Made by a program: the position numbers and the translations under genes
Assembly: GCA_963797145.1 (NCBI GenBank)
Contig: CAWCOJ010000009.1
Location: 12,424 to 76,423 of the forward strand
DNA: 64,000 bases
Direction: 5' to 3'
DNA from: an uncultured Actinomycetota bacterium
Lineage (GTDB): Bacteria > Actinomycetota > Actinomycetes > Mycobacteriales > Nakamurellaceae
Shown: in pieces, positions 38,334 through 49,701 of the stretch
How the letters are laid out: every line of letters begins with the position of its first letter
How positions within the stretch are numbered: the first letter of the stretch is position 1
The notes under the pieces: model-generated
The model's input: the letters and a program-made list of their open reading frames with translations, nothing else
Databases searched by the model: none
What the model was told of the DNA's origin: nothing

Positions 38334-41300
38334 ATGACCGACCACTGGCTCGCCGACGTCACCGATGTGGCGGTGCGACGCGCGGTCGGCGAGCAGACCT
38401 ACGAGCGGGGCCTGGACTATCTGCTCGATGAGCGGGTGCTGTCCGTGTCGGCCGCGGCCAACCGATCGGTGACCGGTGTGGTGGAGGGCCACAACGGGCA
38501 CACGTACTCCACGGTCGTCGCTGTGCAACCGGCCACCCCCGGCGCGCACCTGCGGATCGCCGGGCGCTGCTCGTGCCCGATGTCCGTGAACTGCAAGCAC
38601 GTGGCGGCGGTCCTGCTCGCCGCCCGCGACCGGCTCGGAGGTCGTCCGCATCTGGTCGCGGTGCCGTCGCCGCCCAGCTGGGAGCAGGTCCTGGCGGCCG
38701 TCATCGAACAGTCCGGGCCCGAAGAGGTGGCCGAGACCGTGCCGCTGGCGCTCCAGTTCGAGATCACCCTGGGCTCCGGTCGCTACGGTCCGCCCAGCCG
38801 GCTGACGATGCGTCCGATGGTGCGCGGCAAGAAGGGCCGGTGGATCAAGACCGGAGCGTCCTGGCGGGAGCTGGAGAGTCCGTACGCCCGGCACTCGCTG
38901 CGGCCGCACCCGGCGCACCGGGAGACGTTGTTGCGGCTCCTTCGGGAGAGCCGGCCGGAACCGACCTACTACGGCTACCAGGACCGGCCGGTCCACCTCG
39001 ACGACATCGGCCGACAGGCCTGGCCGCTGCTCGCCGACCTGCTCGACGCCGGCGTCGAGTTCATCGACCCGTCCGGCCGTCCGGTGGAGGTGTCGGATTC
39101 GGCGCTGGAGGTTCGCCTCGACGTCTCGACGGCCGACGGTCCGGCAGTGCTCAGCCCGGTCCTGGAGGCGGGCGGCGTCGAGATTGCGCCGGCCGGTCTC
39201 ACCTTTCTCGGCGACCCGGCTCATGGTGCCTACCGGTTGACCAGTTCCGGTGGACTGCAGCTGCTGCCGCTGGCGCGGCCGCTGCCCGACGCGGTGGTAC
39301 AACTGCTGCGGTCCGGGCCGATCGCCATTCCGGAGCACGACGTCGACCGGTTCCGCCGCGGCTGGTACCGCCAGCTCTCGGCGGTCGTTCCGGTCTCGTC
39401 CGCCGACCACTCGGTGCACCTTCCGCAGATCGACCCGCCCACGTTGATCCTCGAGGTGCGGTTCCTGCCCGGCCACCAGGCCGACCTGGCCTGGTCGTTC
39501 GGCTATCGGGTCGACGACGAAGTACTGCGGGTTCCCGTCGGGTCACCGCTCGATCCCGAACACGTCCGCGACCGCACCGCTGAAACGCTTCTACTCCAGG
39601 GATTTTCGCCCCCGTCGACGGTGAGCGCTCTGCTCGTCAACGGTGGCGAACTGATCGCGGCGCGGCGACTCGGCGGCCTGGACACGGCGGCCCTGGTCGA
39701 CGCGTTGCCGGCCCTGGTCGAGGGCGGTGTGGCGGTCGAGAGTCACGGCTCCCCGGCGGAGTACCGCTACAGCCGATCCAGCCCGGTGATCGCTTCCACC
39801 GTCGCCGACTCCGACAGCAGAGACTGGTTCGATCTGCAGGTCTCGATGAGCATCGACGGCGAGGATGTCCCGTTCGCGCCGCTGTTCTCGGCCGTCGTGC
39901 GCGGCGAGCCCCAATTGTTGCTCGACAGCGGCACGTACTTCGACATCGACCGGCCGGAGCTGGACCAGCTACGGAGGCTGATCGAGGAGGCCAGGGCGCT
40001 TCAGGACCAGCCACCGGGCGGGCTCCGGATCAGCCCCTTCCAGGCCGGGCTCTGGGAGGAACTGGCCTCGATCGGGGTGGTCGATGCCCAGAGTCGGCGA
40101 TGGTCGCGGTCAGTGGACGGCCTGCTGTCGCTGCAGTCGGTTCCGGCTCCGGAGCCGCCCGCAGGGCTGGATGCCGTGCTCCGGCCGTACCAGCTGGCCG
40201 GCTTCCAATGGCTGGACTTCCTCTGGGAGCACGAGATCGGCGGGGTGCTGGCCGACGACATGGGCCTCGGCAAGACCTTGCAGATGCTCGCCGCGATCTG
40301 CCGGGCCAAGGAGCAGGGCCGGCTCGACCAGCCCGCCCTGGTGGTCGCGCCGACCAGCGTGGTGGCGAACTGGGCCGTCGAAGCCGCCCGGTTCGCTCCC
40401 GGCCTGCGCATCGCGACGGTGAACGAGACCCAGGCGCGCCGGGACACCAGCCTCGCCGAGCGGGTCGCCGGCGCCGACCTGGTGGTGACGTCGTACGCGT
40501 TGCTCCGGCTGGATTTCGATGCCTACCAGAAGATCTCATGGAGCATGCTGGCGCTCGACGAGGCGCAGGCGGTGAAGAACCATCAGGCCCGGGGATACCA
40601 GTGCGCTCGGAGGTTGACCGCACCGGTCAAGTTCGTCATCACCGGGACGCCGCTCGAGAACAACCTGATGGAGCTGTGGGCGCTGCTGTCCATCGCGGCG
40701 CCGGGAATGTTCCCGCACCCGCAGCGCTTCGCTGAACACTTCCGTCGGCCCATCGAGCGCGGTGACGACCCGGCGCTGCTGACCGCACTGCGTCGGCGGA
40801 TACGACCGTTGATGTTGCGCCGCACCAAGGATCAGGTTGCCGCCGATCTGCCGCCGAAGCAGGAGCAGCTACTCGAGGTCCCGCTGAGTCCGCGTCACCG
40901 CAAGATCTACGACACCCATCTCGCTCGGGAGCGGCAGAAGGTGCTCGGCCTGCTGAACGACATGCAGCGCAACCGCTTCGAGATCCTGCGCTCGTTGACC
41001 CTACTGCGCCGACTCGCCCTGGACCCGGCGCTGATCGACGGGGCCTACGAGACGGTCGGATCGGCCAAGGTCGACGTCCTGGTCGAACAGCTGCGCGAGC
41101 TCGCCGCAGAAGGTCACCGGGCCCTGGTGTTCAGCCAGTTCACCGGGTTCCTCGGGATCGTCCGCAGGCGGCTGGACGCCGAAGGCATCGGGTACGGCTA
41201 CCTCGACGGACGTACCCGCAGCCGGGCCGCCGCGGTCGCCGAGTTCAAGGACGGCACCGCGCCGGTGTTCCTGATCAGCATCAAGGCCGGTGGGTTCGGG

Positions 41301-41564
41301 CTGAACCTCACCGAAGCCGACTACGTCTTCGTGTTGGACCCGTGGTGGAACCCGGCGGTGGAAGCGCAAGCGGTCGACCGCACCCATCGGATCGGCCAGA
41401 ACAAGACGGTGATGGTGTATCGGATGGTCGCCACGGAGACCATCGAGGAGAAGGTCATGGAGTTGCAGTCGCGCAAACGCGACCTGTTCGCTCGGGTCGT
41501 CGACGAGGACGGGCTGCTCGCCGCACCGCTGAGTGTCGACGACATCCGCGGCCTGCTGGGCTGA
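38334..41564 (+). CDS. SWIM zinc finger plus SNF2-family helicase/ATPase
   Basis: CSCP...NCKH; LADDMGLGKT, DEAQ, TGTPLEN, FSQF, DPWWNP, QA.DR.HRIGQ. Confidence 0.95.
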   Translation: MTDHWLADVTDVAVRRAVGEQTYERGLDYLLDERVLSVSAAANRSVTGVVEGHNGHTYSTVVAVQPATPGAHLRIAGRCSCPMSVNCKHVAAVLLAARDRLGGRPHLVAVPSPPSWEQVLAAVIEQSGPEEVAETVPLALQFEITLGSGRYGPPSRLTMRPMVRGKKGRWIKTGASWRELESPYARHSLRPHPAHRETLLRLLRESRPEPTYYGYQDRPVHLDDIGRQAWPLLADLLDAGVEFIDPSGRPVEVSDSALEVRLDVSTADGPAVLSPVLEAGGVEIAPAGLTFLGDPAHGAYRLTSSGGLQLLPLARPLPDAVVQLLRSGPIAIPEHDVDRFRRGWYRQLSAVVPVSSADHSVHLPQIDPPTLILEVRFLPGHQADLAWSFGYRVDDEVLRVPVGSPLDPEHVRDRTAETLLLQGFSPPSTVSALLVNGGELIAARRLGGLDTAALVDALPALVEGGVAVESHGSPAEYRYSRSSPVIASTVADSDSRDWFDLQVSMSIDGEDVPFAPLFSAVVRGEPQLLLDSGTYFDIDRPELDQLRRLIEEARALQDQPPGGLRISPFQAGLWEELASIGVVDAQSRRWSRSVDGLLSLQSVPAPEPPAGLDAVLRPYQLAGFQWLDFLWEHEIGGVLADDMGLGKTLQMLAAICRAKEQGRLDQPALVVAPTSVVANWAVEAARFAPGLRIATVNETQARRDTSLAERVAGADLVVTSYALLRLDFDAYQKISWSMLALDEAQAVKNHQARGYQCARRLTAPVKFVITGTPLENNLMELWALLSIAAPGMFPHPQRFAEHFRRPIERGDDPALLTALRRRIRPLMLRRTKDQVAADLPPKQEQLLEVPLSPRHRKIYDTHLARERQKVLGLLNDMQRNRFEILRSLTLLRRLALDPALIDGAYETVGSAKVDVLVEQLRELAAEGHRALVFSQFTGFLGIVRRRLDAEGIGYGYLDGRTRSRAAAVAEFKDGTAPVFLISIKAGGFGLNLTEADYVFVLDPWWNPAVEAQAVDRTHRIGQNKTVMVYRMVATETIEEKVMELQSRKRDLFARVVDEDGLLAAPLSVDDIRGLLG

Positions 41565-41565
41565 C

Positions 41566-42390
41566 TCAGCGCTTGCCGCAGGCTCTGGCGGTGTCGGAGA
41601 TCAGTTGTTCGGCGGCGTCGATGGCCCGGTCCAGCTCGGCGGCGGTGCCGCCCAGGTTTCCGAGGAGGTCCTGGGCGCGGGCGGCGAAGTCTGCAGGAGC
41701 TGCCGGCAGCCGGCCCGCGGCCGCGATGGCATCCTTCTCGTTGATCAACCAGCGGCCCGAGAAGCCGTGCAGGGCGTGGGCGCACAGCAGCACGCTGCGG
41801 AACAGGCACCCTGCGACGTAAGCGGTGTCGCCGCGGCTGACGGCCTTGCGGGCGATGTCCGCCGCGAACGAGGCCTCCCACAGCCTGTCGACAAGTGCCC
41901 GCCGGAGCGAGGCCGGATAGTGGGTCGCCTGCCGCTGGACGGCGGTGAGCTCCTCATCCGGGTCGGCCAGGATGACGCCGAGGGCCAGCTCGCCGGGATA
42001 CGCGAAATCCGGCACGCCCAACGGATGGCCGACCTGGAAATGGAAGTCGAAAGCGCCTGCTTGTGCTGCCTGCCAACAGCTCTCGACTCGGTTGAGGTCA
42101 CGATAGATCCAGTCCACTGCGGTTCCGTCGATCGTCAGCCAGCCGCCTCCGTCGACCCAGGGTCCCCATGCTCCCCGCTGTGACACGCTGGCGGTGTCGT
42201 CGGCAACCGCGCGGGCGAGCCTGCCCAGTGCCTCGACGTCCAGGTCGGTCCGGTAGTAGATGCCGAGATCCACATCCGACTCGGCAGTGTGCGATCCCCG
42301 CGCCCGGCTGCCGCCCAGCATCACGCCGACCACGCCCGGCACGGTCACGAGCTGATGGGCCAGGTCGTGCAATGCCGCGTCGCTGATCAC
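41566..42390 (-). CDS. Nucleotidyltransferase domain protein (DUF4037-associated type)
   Basis: GGSRARG....SDVD; WGPWVDGG.WL; W.INEK; GTG at 42390 with RBS GAGGAG. Confidence 0.85.
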   Translation of the reverse strand: MISDAALHDLAHQLVTVPGVVGVMLGGSRARGSHTAESDVDLGIYYRTDLDVEALGRLARAVADDTASVSQRGAWGPWVDGGGWLTIDGTAVDWIYRDLNRVESCWQAAQAGAFDFHFQVGHPLGVPDFAYPGELALGVILADPDEELTAVQRQATHYPASLRRALVDRLWEASFAADIARKAVSRGDTAYVAGCLFRSVLLCAHALHGFSGRWLINEKDAIAAAGRLPAAPADFAARAQDLLGNLGGTAAELDRAIDAAEQLISDTARACGKR

Positions 42391-42519
42391 CGCGTTCCTC
42401 TCCTCGGGCGGGCCCCGTCGGCCCACCTTCGTCCGGGTGCTGGGCGCATGTCCATCGGGATTGCGGTTCTGTGATTGTTTCGTTGCGGTCGGTGGGGTCG
42501 GGATCGCTCCCAGGCGCTG

Positions 42520-43036
42520 GGCAGCGCGAGTTGCGTGCCGGCAGCGCGCGGTGCATCCACCGACAGCGCACATTGCGTCCGACAGCGCACGTTGTGTGCC
42601 GGCAGCGCATCGGGCCGTCACCGACAGCGCACGTTGCGTGCCGGCAGCGCGTCGCGCATCCACCGACAGCGCACATTGCGTGCCGACAGCGCGTCGCGAC
42701 GCGCTGTGCATGCGCAACTCGCGCTGTCGGTGACGATCGTTGCCGGGGCGCTCCCGGCAGGGGACCACCGCCCGGCTTGTGGTGGTCCGGTTCGGCTCGT
42801 CCGGCCGGGGGTTGAGAGGTGGTCAGGTTGGGCTCGACGCCGGGCGGTGGTCCCCTGCCGTCCGCTCGTCACCATCCGGCTCCCCGAGACCGCAATTCGT
42901 GTACCGACACCGCGGCTCGCATCCACCGACAGCGCAAGTTGTGTGCCGACAGCGCGTTCGCATCCACCGACAGCGCAAGTTGTGTGCCGACAGCGCGTCG
43001 CGACGCGGGAGTGGCGCGTAACTTGCGCTGTCGGTG
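42520..43036. repeat. Two clusters of the palindromic element with tandemly reiterated left arms
   Basis: Repeated CCGACAGCGCA.RTTGYGTGCCG units at 42520-42731 and ~42885-43036, each closed by a reverse arm (AACTYGCGCTGTCGGTG). Confidence 0.9.
42755..42860. repeat. Element with perfect 22-bp terminal inverted repeats (REPIN/MITE-like)
   Basis: CGGCAGGGGACCACCGCCCGGC (42755-42776) and its exact reverse complement (42839-42860). Confidence 0.85.
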
Positions 43037-43162
43037 TGGGCCGGTGAGCGGACGAAGCGCTCGGTGACGAGAACCGCTGCTATGGAGCTCTTCTCGTCGC
43101 CGCAATCGTGACCTGAATGTGATCTGAAAGGGCGTCGAACCTGACCCTTCGCGACCTCGGAC

Positions 43163-43184
43163 TGTCGGTGGCCGCCGATAGTGT
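43163..43184 (+). promoter_or_regulatory. PafBC / RecA-NDp DNA-damage promoter (leaderless transcript)
   Basis: TGTCGG-N10-TAGTGT, 7 nt before ATG at 43192. Confidence 0.75.
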
Positions 43185-43191
43185 TGCGGGT

Positions 43192-44514
43192 ATGGATCAG
43201 TCCGGGTTCGTAGACGCCGCAACAGCTTCCGCGCTGCTGCAGGTCGCGACCGACGCTATCCGGCAAGTCATGCACGGCGCCTGGTGGAAGCTTTCCGCCG
43301 ACGAACAACTCGACCTCGCCCACCAACTCGAAGTGTTCGCCCGGATCACCGCCGCCACCCAGATCCACGCCGCCGGCGAGATCGACCTCGCCGGCACCGC
43401 CGCCGCCCACAGCGCGACCAGCGCCGGGGCGCTGCTGTCCCAACTGCTGCACATCACCACCGGCGAAGCCACCTCCCGAGTCCGGCTCGCCCGACAGATC
43501 TGCGACACCCTCCAACCATCCGGCGACCTCGTCGGCCCGCAACTCCCGGCCCTCGGCGAGGCCCTGGAGGCCGGGCAGCTCAGCACCGACCACGCCCGCA
43601 CCATCATCACCACCCTGCGCGACCTGCCGGCCGGCATCACGCCCGAGGTGCGGGAGCGCGCCGAAGCCCACCTCGTCCAAGACGCGCAAATGTTCGAACC
43701 GCGGCACTTCGCCACCCTCGCCGCGCACCTGGTAAACACCCTGGACCCCGACGGCACGCTGGACGACCGCGACCCCGCGGCCAAGGCCGAACTGCACATC
43801 GGCACCCGCAACCCCGCCACCGGACTCACCCCGATCACCGGCCGCCTCGACGACCTCGGCATCGCCACCGTCCGCACCGCCCTCGATGGGTTGGCAGCGC
43901 CGAACCCGGCCGACGCGGACGGCAGCCGCGACACCCGGCCGGCCGCGACCCGACAGGCCCACGCCCTGATCGCGGCGCTGCGGCACGCGCTGGACGCCGG
44001 GACCCTGCCCACGCAGGGCGGGCAACGACCGCATCTCACCGTCACCATCACCCTGGCCGATCTGGAAAACCTCAAAGCCAAAGCCCAGCTCGACGACGGC
44101 ACGCTGCTCACCCCCGCCGCGACCCGCGCCCTGCTCTGCGACGCCAACGTCATCCCCGCCGTCCTCGGCGGCGCCGGCGAGATCCTCGACATCGGCCGGG
44201 CCTCCCGCACCTTCCCGATCGCCGTCCGCCGCGCCATCGTCCTCCGCGACCGCGGCTGCATCTGGCCCGGCTGCGACCGGCCCGCCAGCTGGGCCGACTA
44301 CCACCACGTCATCCCCTGGTCCGCCGGCGGACCCACCTCCGCCACCAACGGGGTCCTCCTCTGCCCGCATCACCACCAGGAAATCCACCGCACCGCATGG
44401 GAGATCCGCTTCGCCCCCGACGGACACCCCGAGCTCATCCCACCCGAACACCTCGACCACAACCGACAACCCAGACGCAATACCATGCACCGCTTCGACC
44501 TGCTCACCGTGTGA
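43192..44514 (+). CDS. DUF222 plus HNH endonuclease protein (REP13E12 family)
   Basis: RDRGC.WPGC, YHHVIPWS.GG.T...NG.LLC.HHH..IH; N-terminal DUF222-like helical region. Confidence 0.92.
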   Translation: MDQSGFVDAATASALLQVATDAIRQVMHGAWWKLSADEQLDLAHQLEVFARITAATQIHAAGEIDLAGTAAAHSATSAGALLSQLLHITTGEATSRVRLARQICDTLQPSGDLVGPQLPALGEALEAGQLSTDHARTIITTLRDLPAGITPEVRERAEAHLVQDAQMFEPRHFATLAAHLVNTLDPDGTLDDRDPAAKAELHIGTRNPATGLTPITGRLDDLGIATVRTALDGLAAPNPADADGSRDTRPAATRQAHALIAALRHALDAGTLPTQGGQRPHLTVTITLADLENLKAKAQLDDGTLLTPAATRALLCDANVIPAVLGGAGEILDIGRASRTFPIAVRRAIVLRDRGCIWPGCDRPASWADYHHVIPWSAGGPTSATNGVLLCPHHHQEIHRTAWEIRFAPDGHPELIPPEHLDHNRQPRRNTMHRFDLLTV

Positions 44515-44673
44515 GTCGGGCCGGCAATCGCTTCGTGGATTCCAGCCGGCGCTCGACTACGGCGCAGGTCTCGTAAGCGGAGTGACCGCATTGCAGAGGG
44601 ATCGCCGCCAGCTCACCTGCCTGTTGTGGACAACTCGGCTGCGAACCTGGCGAGCCGTCTAGGTTCTCGGCCC

Positions 44674-46185
44674 ATGGGGGAGTTTCCGGAAACGGCATTC
44701 GTGCTGGGTGGTGACCCGGCATCGATTCGCGCCTCCGGCAGCATCTGGCAGGCGTTCGGCACCTCGGCAAGCGAGACCGGGGCAGACCTGCGTCATCTGG
44801 ACTCCGGCGAGTTCGATGGCGATGAAGCCGACACTTATCGCTCCCGGATCAATCACGACCTCCCGCCGTACCTGGACACCACCAGCCAGGCCTGGACCGT
44901 GGTAGCCACCGCGCTCACCGACTACGCGGACCTGCTCGAGCATCTACAGACCGAGATGACCGGGCTCCGCTCCACCGGGTACACCCAATGGAACACCGCG
45001 CAGGCCGCCCAGGCTCGCGCCCGCGACGCCGCATCAGACGATGCCGCGCACGCGGCCGAGCGCACCGCCCGGGCCGACGCCCTACCGGCAGGCAAGACCC
45101 TGCCGCCGGACACCTACCGACCGGCCGCGGCCGACGCCAACGCCGCCGCGGACCGCACAGCGGCCGACCTGCAGGGCACCATCGCAGCAGCGACCGGGGT
45201 CCGGACCCGCAACACCGAGGCCGTCGACCGATGCGTCGCGACCATCGACCGGGCTCGGGCGATGCGGTTCGCCGACCCGCCCGGCTGGCTCGGCGCACTC
45301 TGGGACGACGTCTGCGGCTGGGTTGCCGACCACATCGACATCCTGCAGACGCTCTCAGCGGTGCTGAAGAAGATCTCCGGTATCGCCGGGATGCTCGCCA
45401 TGATCCCGTTCCTCGCCCCGCTCGCCGCGCCGATCGCTCTCGCTGCCGGCGGGCTCGCCGCAGGCATCGACGCCGGCATCAAAGTCACCACCGGTCAAGG
45501 CGACTGGACCCAGATCGGCCTCGACATGGCCGCCTGCATTCCGGGTGCCAAAATGGCCACCGCCGTGACGGCCGCCACCACCACCCGCGACATCGCCAAC
45601 GGGAACTTCCACCTCACCGACGTCATGGCTGCTGCCGCCTTCGGTGCGGCCGGCAAGCATCTACCGCGTCCGAACGGGCGGCCATCGTCGAGGGAGGTGA
45701 CTCCTGACCGGGCCACGAAACCGTCGGACCGTAGGCCCCGAGGTCCGGCGTCGCCCACCAAAAGCGAGACGACACCGGAAGTCGAGGAGCATGATCGCGA
45801 CGCCGAGCGAGCGCTGACAGACAATGTAACAAGCAGGTCCTCGAAAGACTCGCCTGGCGCTACAGCTCAGTCGATCGAGCGGCACCATTCAGCTCCCACA
45901 CCTTTAGCAGTGACCTTCCCTCCGGCGCCATTTCAAGGAGCACGGCAAGGAGTTCGGTGCATCAACCAATTGGAATACGCCGAGTATGGCGGAGACTTTC
46001 GGGATCGAGCATTGTCCGGGGGGCTGCCGGTCAGGATCGCCTCGACGGCGTAATGCGTGTTTGGGAGGACTCAACAGTACAATCGGAGTATACAGCGTGG
46101 ACACCGACTGCACGTACACGTTCTTCAGGGCGGCAGCCCTACATACTTCGACCGCCAGAAAGGAATCCTCGTATGGCCACTCTGA
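44674..46185 (+). CDS. Type VII secretion-type polymorphic toxin (WXG100-like N-terminus); C-terminal toxin domain broken by frameshifts
   Basis: GDPASI..., F.GDEAD.Y helical N-terminus, hydrophobic translocation-like region; stitched C-terminus LRRHFKEHGKEFGA..EYA...DF...DGVMRVW...IGVY...TFFR...YFDRQ. Confidence 0.7.
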
Positions 46186-46469
46186 TTCCGCGGCACTGAA
46201 CCAATGCCCGGTATGTGGGTATCTCGGGCCTCGAGCGGCCTGCCGTATACGGCGATGGCTCGCCTTCTTACGAGATCTGCCGTTGCTGTGGATTCGAGTT
46301 CGGGTACACGACGAGCGACCAAGGCTTCACCTACGAGTCGTGGCGGGCCAAATGGGTCGCTCAAGGCATGCAATGGATGAGTCACGGAATCGTCGAGCCG
46401 CCATCCGGGTGGGACCCGGCGAGCAGTTCGAGCGGCTGCGCCATAACTGTAAGTATGCGCCACGTCTAA
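46173..46469 (+). CDS. Small Cys-rich protein, putative cognate immunity protein (frameshifted)
   Basis: Stitched CPVCGY...SYEICRCCGFEFGY...WRAKWV.QGM.W...PSGWDP; RBS AAAGGA before ATG at 46173, overlapping the toxin end. Confidence 0.65.
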
Positions 46470-47035
46470 GTTCGGCTATCGGCTGCGATTCCCTTCAACA
46501 ACCACGCCAGCCCCTGCCGAAAGTCGCCTTCAACCACCGAAGCTTCCACCAGCGGATCCGACCGGCCGGCGAATGCGGCGTAGCCGATGGTGAAGACGAC
46601 CAGCACCCGCACGGCCTCCTGCCGCTGATCGACCGGCACGCCGAGACGCTCGAACTGCAGCCGCATGCTCTGGCCCAACTGCTGCGCGACCGGCCCGCGC
46701 GAGCCTTGCCGGGCCAGGTAGGCCGGCACCAGGTCCCGGCGCGCCATCAGCACCTCGAAGGTGGACGTCATGACGTCGGCCAGGGCGGCAGTCGGGTCCG
46801 GCGCGTCAGCAGGCGCCGGCGGGACCGCGGCCAACGCGGCATCCAGCAGCTGATCGATCAGCTCGTCCTTGTTCGCGACATGGCTGTAGATGGTGTTCGG
46901 CCGCACGCCCAGCCGGTCGGCGAGCGCGCGCATCGTCAGACCCGCGACACCGGATTCGGCGAGCAGCTGCTGCGCGGCTGCGAGCACGCCCGCATGGCTC
47001 AGGCCGGCCCGTTGTCCGGGTCCCCGTGCATTCAC
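46466..47035 (-). CDS. TetR family transcriptional regulator
   Basis: G..GLTMRALADRLGV....IYSHV.NKDEL. Confidence 0.92.
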   Translation of the reverse strand: MNARGPGQRAGLSHAGVLAAAQQLLAESGVAGLTMRALADRLGVRPNTIYSHVANKDELIDQLLDAALAAVPPAPADAPDPTAALADVMTSTFEVLMARRDLVPAYLARQGSRGPVAQQLGQSMRLQFERLGVPVDQRQEAVRVLVVFTIGYAAFAGRSDPLVEASVVEGDFRQGLAWLLKGIAADSRT

Positions 47036-47044
47036 GCTTGCAAC

Positions 47045-47078
47045 TGTACAACGTCCACCTTATATTGGACGTTGTACA
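47045..47078. promoter_or_regulatory. TetR operator, 13-bp perfect inverted repeat
   Basis: TGTACAACGTCCA-N8-TGGACGTTGTACA between tetR and the divergent hydrolase. Confidence 0.8.
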
Positions 47079-47096
47079 ACTCATCTGGAGGCAGAC

Positions 47097-47921
47097 ATGA
47101 CCCACATCCTCGACTGTCACGCGGGCGACATCCCGTACCTCGTCAGGCCACCACTCGGTGGACGCAAGGACGCTCCGCTGGTGCTCGCCTGGCACCTGAT
47201 GGACGCCCCTCGCACACCCGCCGCCTTCGCGTCTGCCGTGCCGCTGGAAGGGCTGGACGCGTGGCGGGTCTACATCGGTCTGCCGCTGACCGGAGAGCGC
47301 ATTCCGGCAGGCGGGCCCGAGGAGGTGATGCGGCTGGGCTACGAGGACGCCGTGATGAATCTCTACGGCGTGATAGCCGACCAGGCGCACACCGAGACCG
47401 CCGCGGTGCTGGCCGACCTGCGGAAACGCTTCGAGGTCGAGCCTGCGGCCACCGGAGTGATGGGCGGCTCCATCGGTGCGGCGGTCGCGGGTCTCGCGCT
47501 CAGCGAGACAGATCTCGCGATCAGTGCCGCGGTATTGATCAGCCCGGTGGTTCAGCTGCGCGGCACGGTCGCGGCCACCGGGCGCGCCCTCGGTTTCGAA
47601 TACCCGTGGCATCCGGCAGCCGACGCGGTCGCCGATCGGTTGGATCTGGTCGCGCGCGCCGACGCGGTGGCAGCACACCGCCAACCGGCGGTGCTGTGCA
47701 TCGTCGGCACCGAGGAGGCCCCCGAACTCCCGACCAGCGCCGAGGCGTTCACCGAGGCGCTGCGGCAGCGCTACGACGATCCGACGCGCGCGGTCGTCCA
47801 CTACGTCGACGGGATGGGTCACGCGCTCGCGCCGGAGCCGGGGGTGGACGCGGCGCCCCCGCTTCCGGCGGCCGTGCCGGTCGATGCACTCGCGGTCGAA
47901 TGGTTCTCCGAGCACCTCTGA
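47097..47921 (+). CDS. Alpha/beta hydrolase
   Basis: GGSIG nucleophile elbow, GMGH; RBS GGAGG. Confidence 0.8.
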   Translation: MTHILDCHAGDIPYLVRPPLGGRKDAPLVLAWHLMDAPRTPAAFASAVPLEGLDAWRVYIGLPLTGERIPAGGPEEVMRLGYEDAVMNLYGVIADQAHTETAAVLADLRKRFEVEPAATGVMGGSIGAAVAGLALSETDLAISAAVLISPVVQLRGTVAATGRALGFEYPWHPAADAVADRLDLVARADAVAAHRQPAVLCIVGTEEAPELPTSAEAFTEALRQRYDDPTRAVVHYVDGMGHALAPEPGVDAAPPLPAAVPVDALAVEWFSEHL

Positions 47922-47974
47922 ACACCCGCGGAGCCCCAGGGCTGACCGGCGCGGCACACCCTGTGGCGCGGCAA

Positions 47975-48195
47975 CCTGCACACCCGCGCCTCGCCCCACC
48001 ACCATCGGCACACTCGCCGAAGCTCGGGCGGCCGGTCGCCAGCTCACACCCGGACCGGCCGGGGCCTGCATACCCGCGCGACGTCCCCACCACCAGCAGC
48101 ACACTCGCCGAAGCCGGCGCGGCCGGTCCCTACCAGGAAAAGGAAAGCGCCCGACCCCGCCGAAGCCTGCACCCGCCCCGCGGCCGGTCGCCACC
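47975..48195. repeat. Degenerate ~90-bp tandem repeat, intergenic
   Basis: CCTGCA.ACCCGCGC...CCCCACCACCA...GCACACTCGCCGAAGC...GCGGCCGGTC at 47975 and 48065, partial copy at ~48166. Confidence 0.65.
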
Positions 48196-48226
48196 AGCAG
48201 AGCACCCGACCCGGCCGCCCCGATAG

Positions 48227-49654
<1,428 letters not shown>

Positions 49655-49701
49655 CCGCGCTGTCGGCTCGGGCACAGCCGGCACGCAGCCCCGGCCGCAG
49701 G

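Noticed and set aside
38334-42390. Anti-phage system made of SNF2 helicase plus nucleotidyltransferase
   Set aside because: The genes are convergent, both belong to common stand-alone families, and the helicase has a DNA-damage promoter.
42520-43036. CRISPR array
   Set aside because: Units are degenerate, include inverted arms, lack unique constant-length spacers, and there are no cas genes. The nearby HNH protein is DUF222-type, not Cas9 or IscB.
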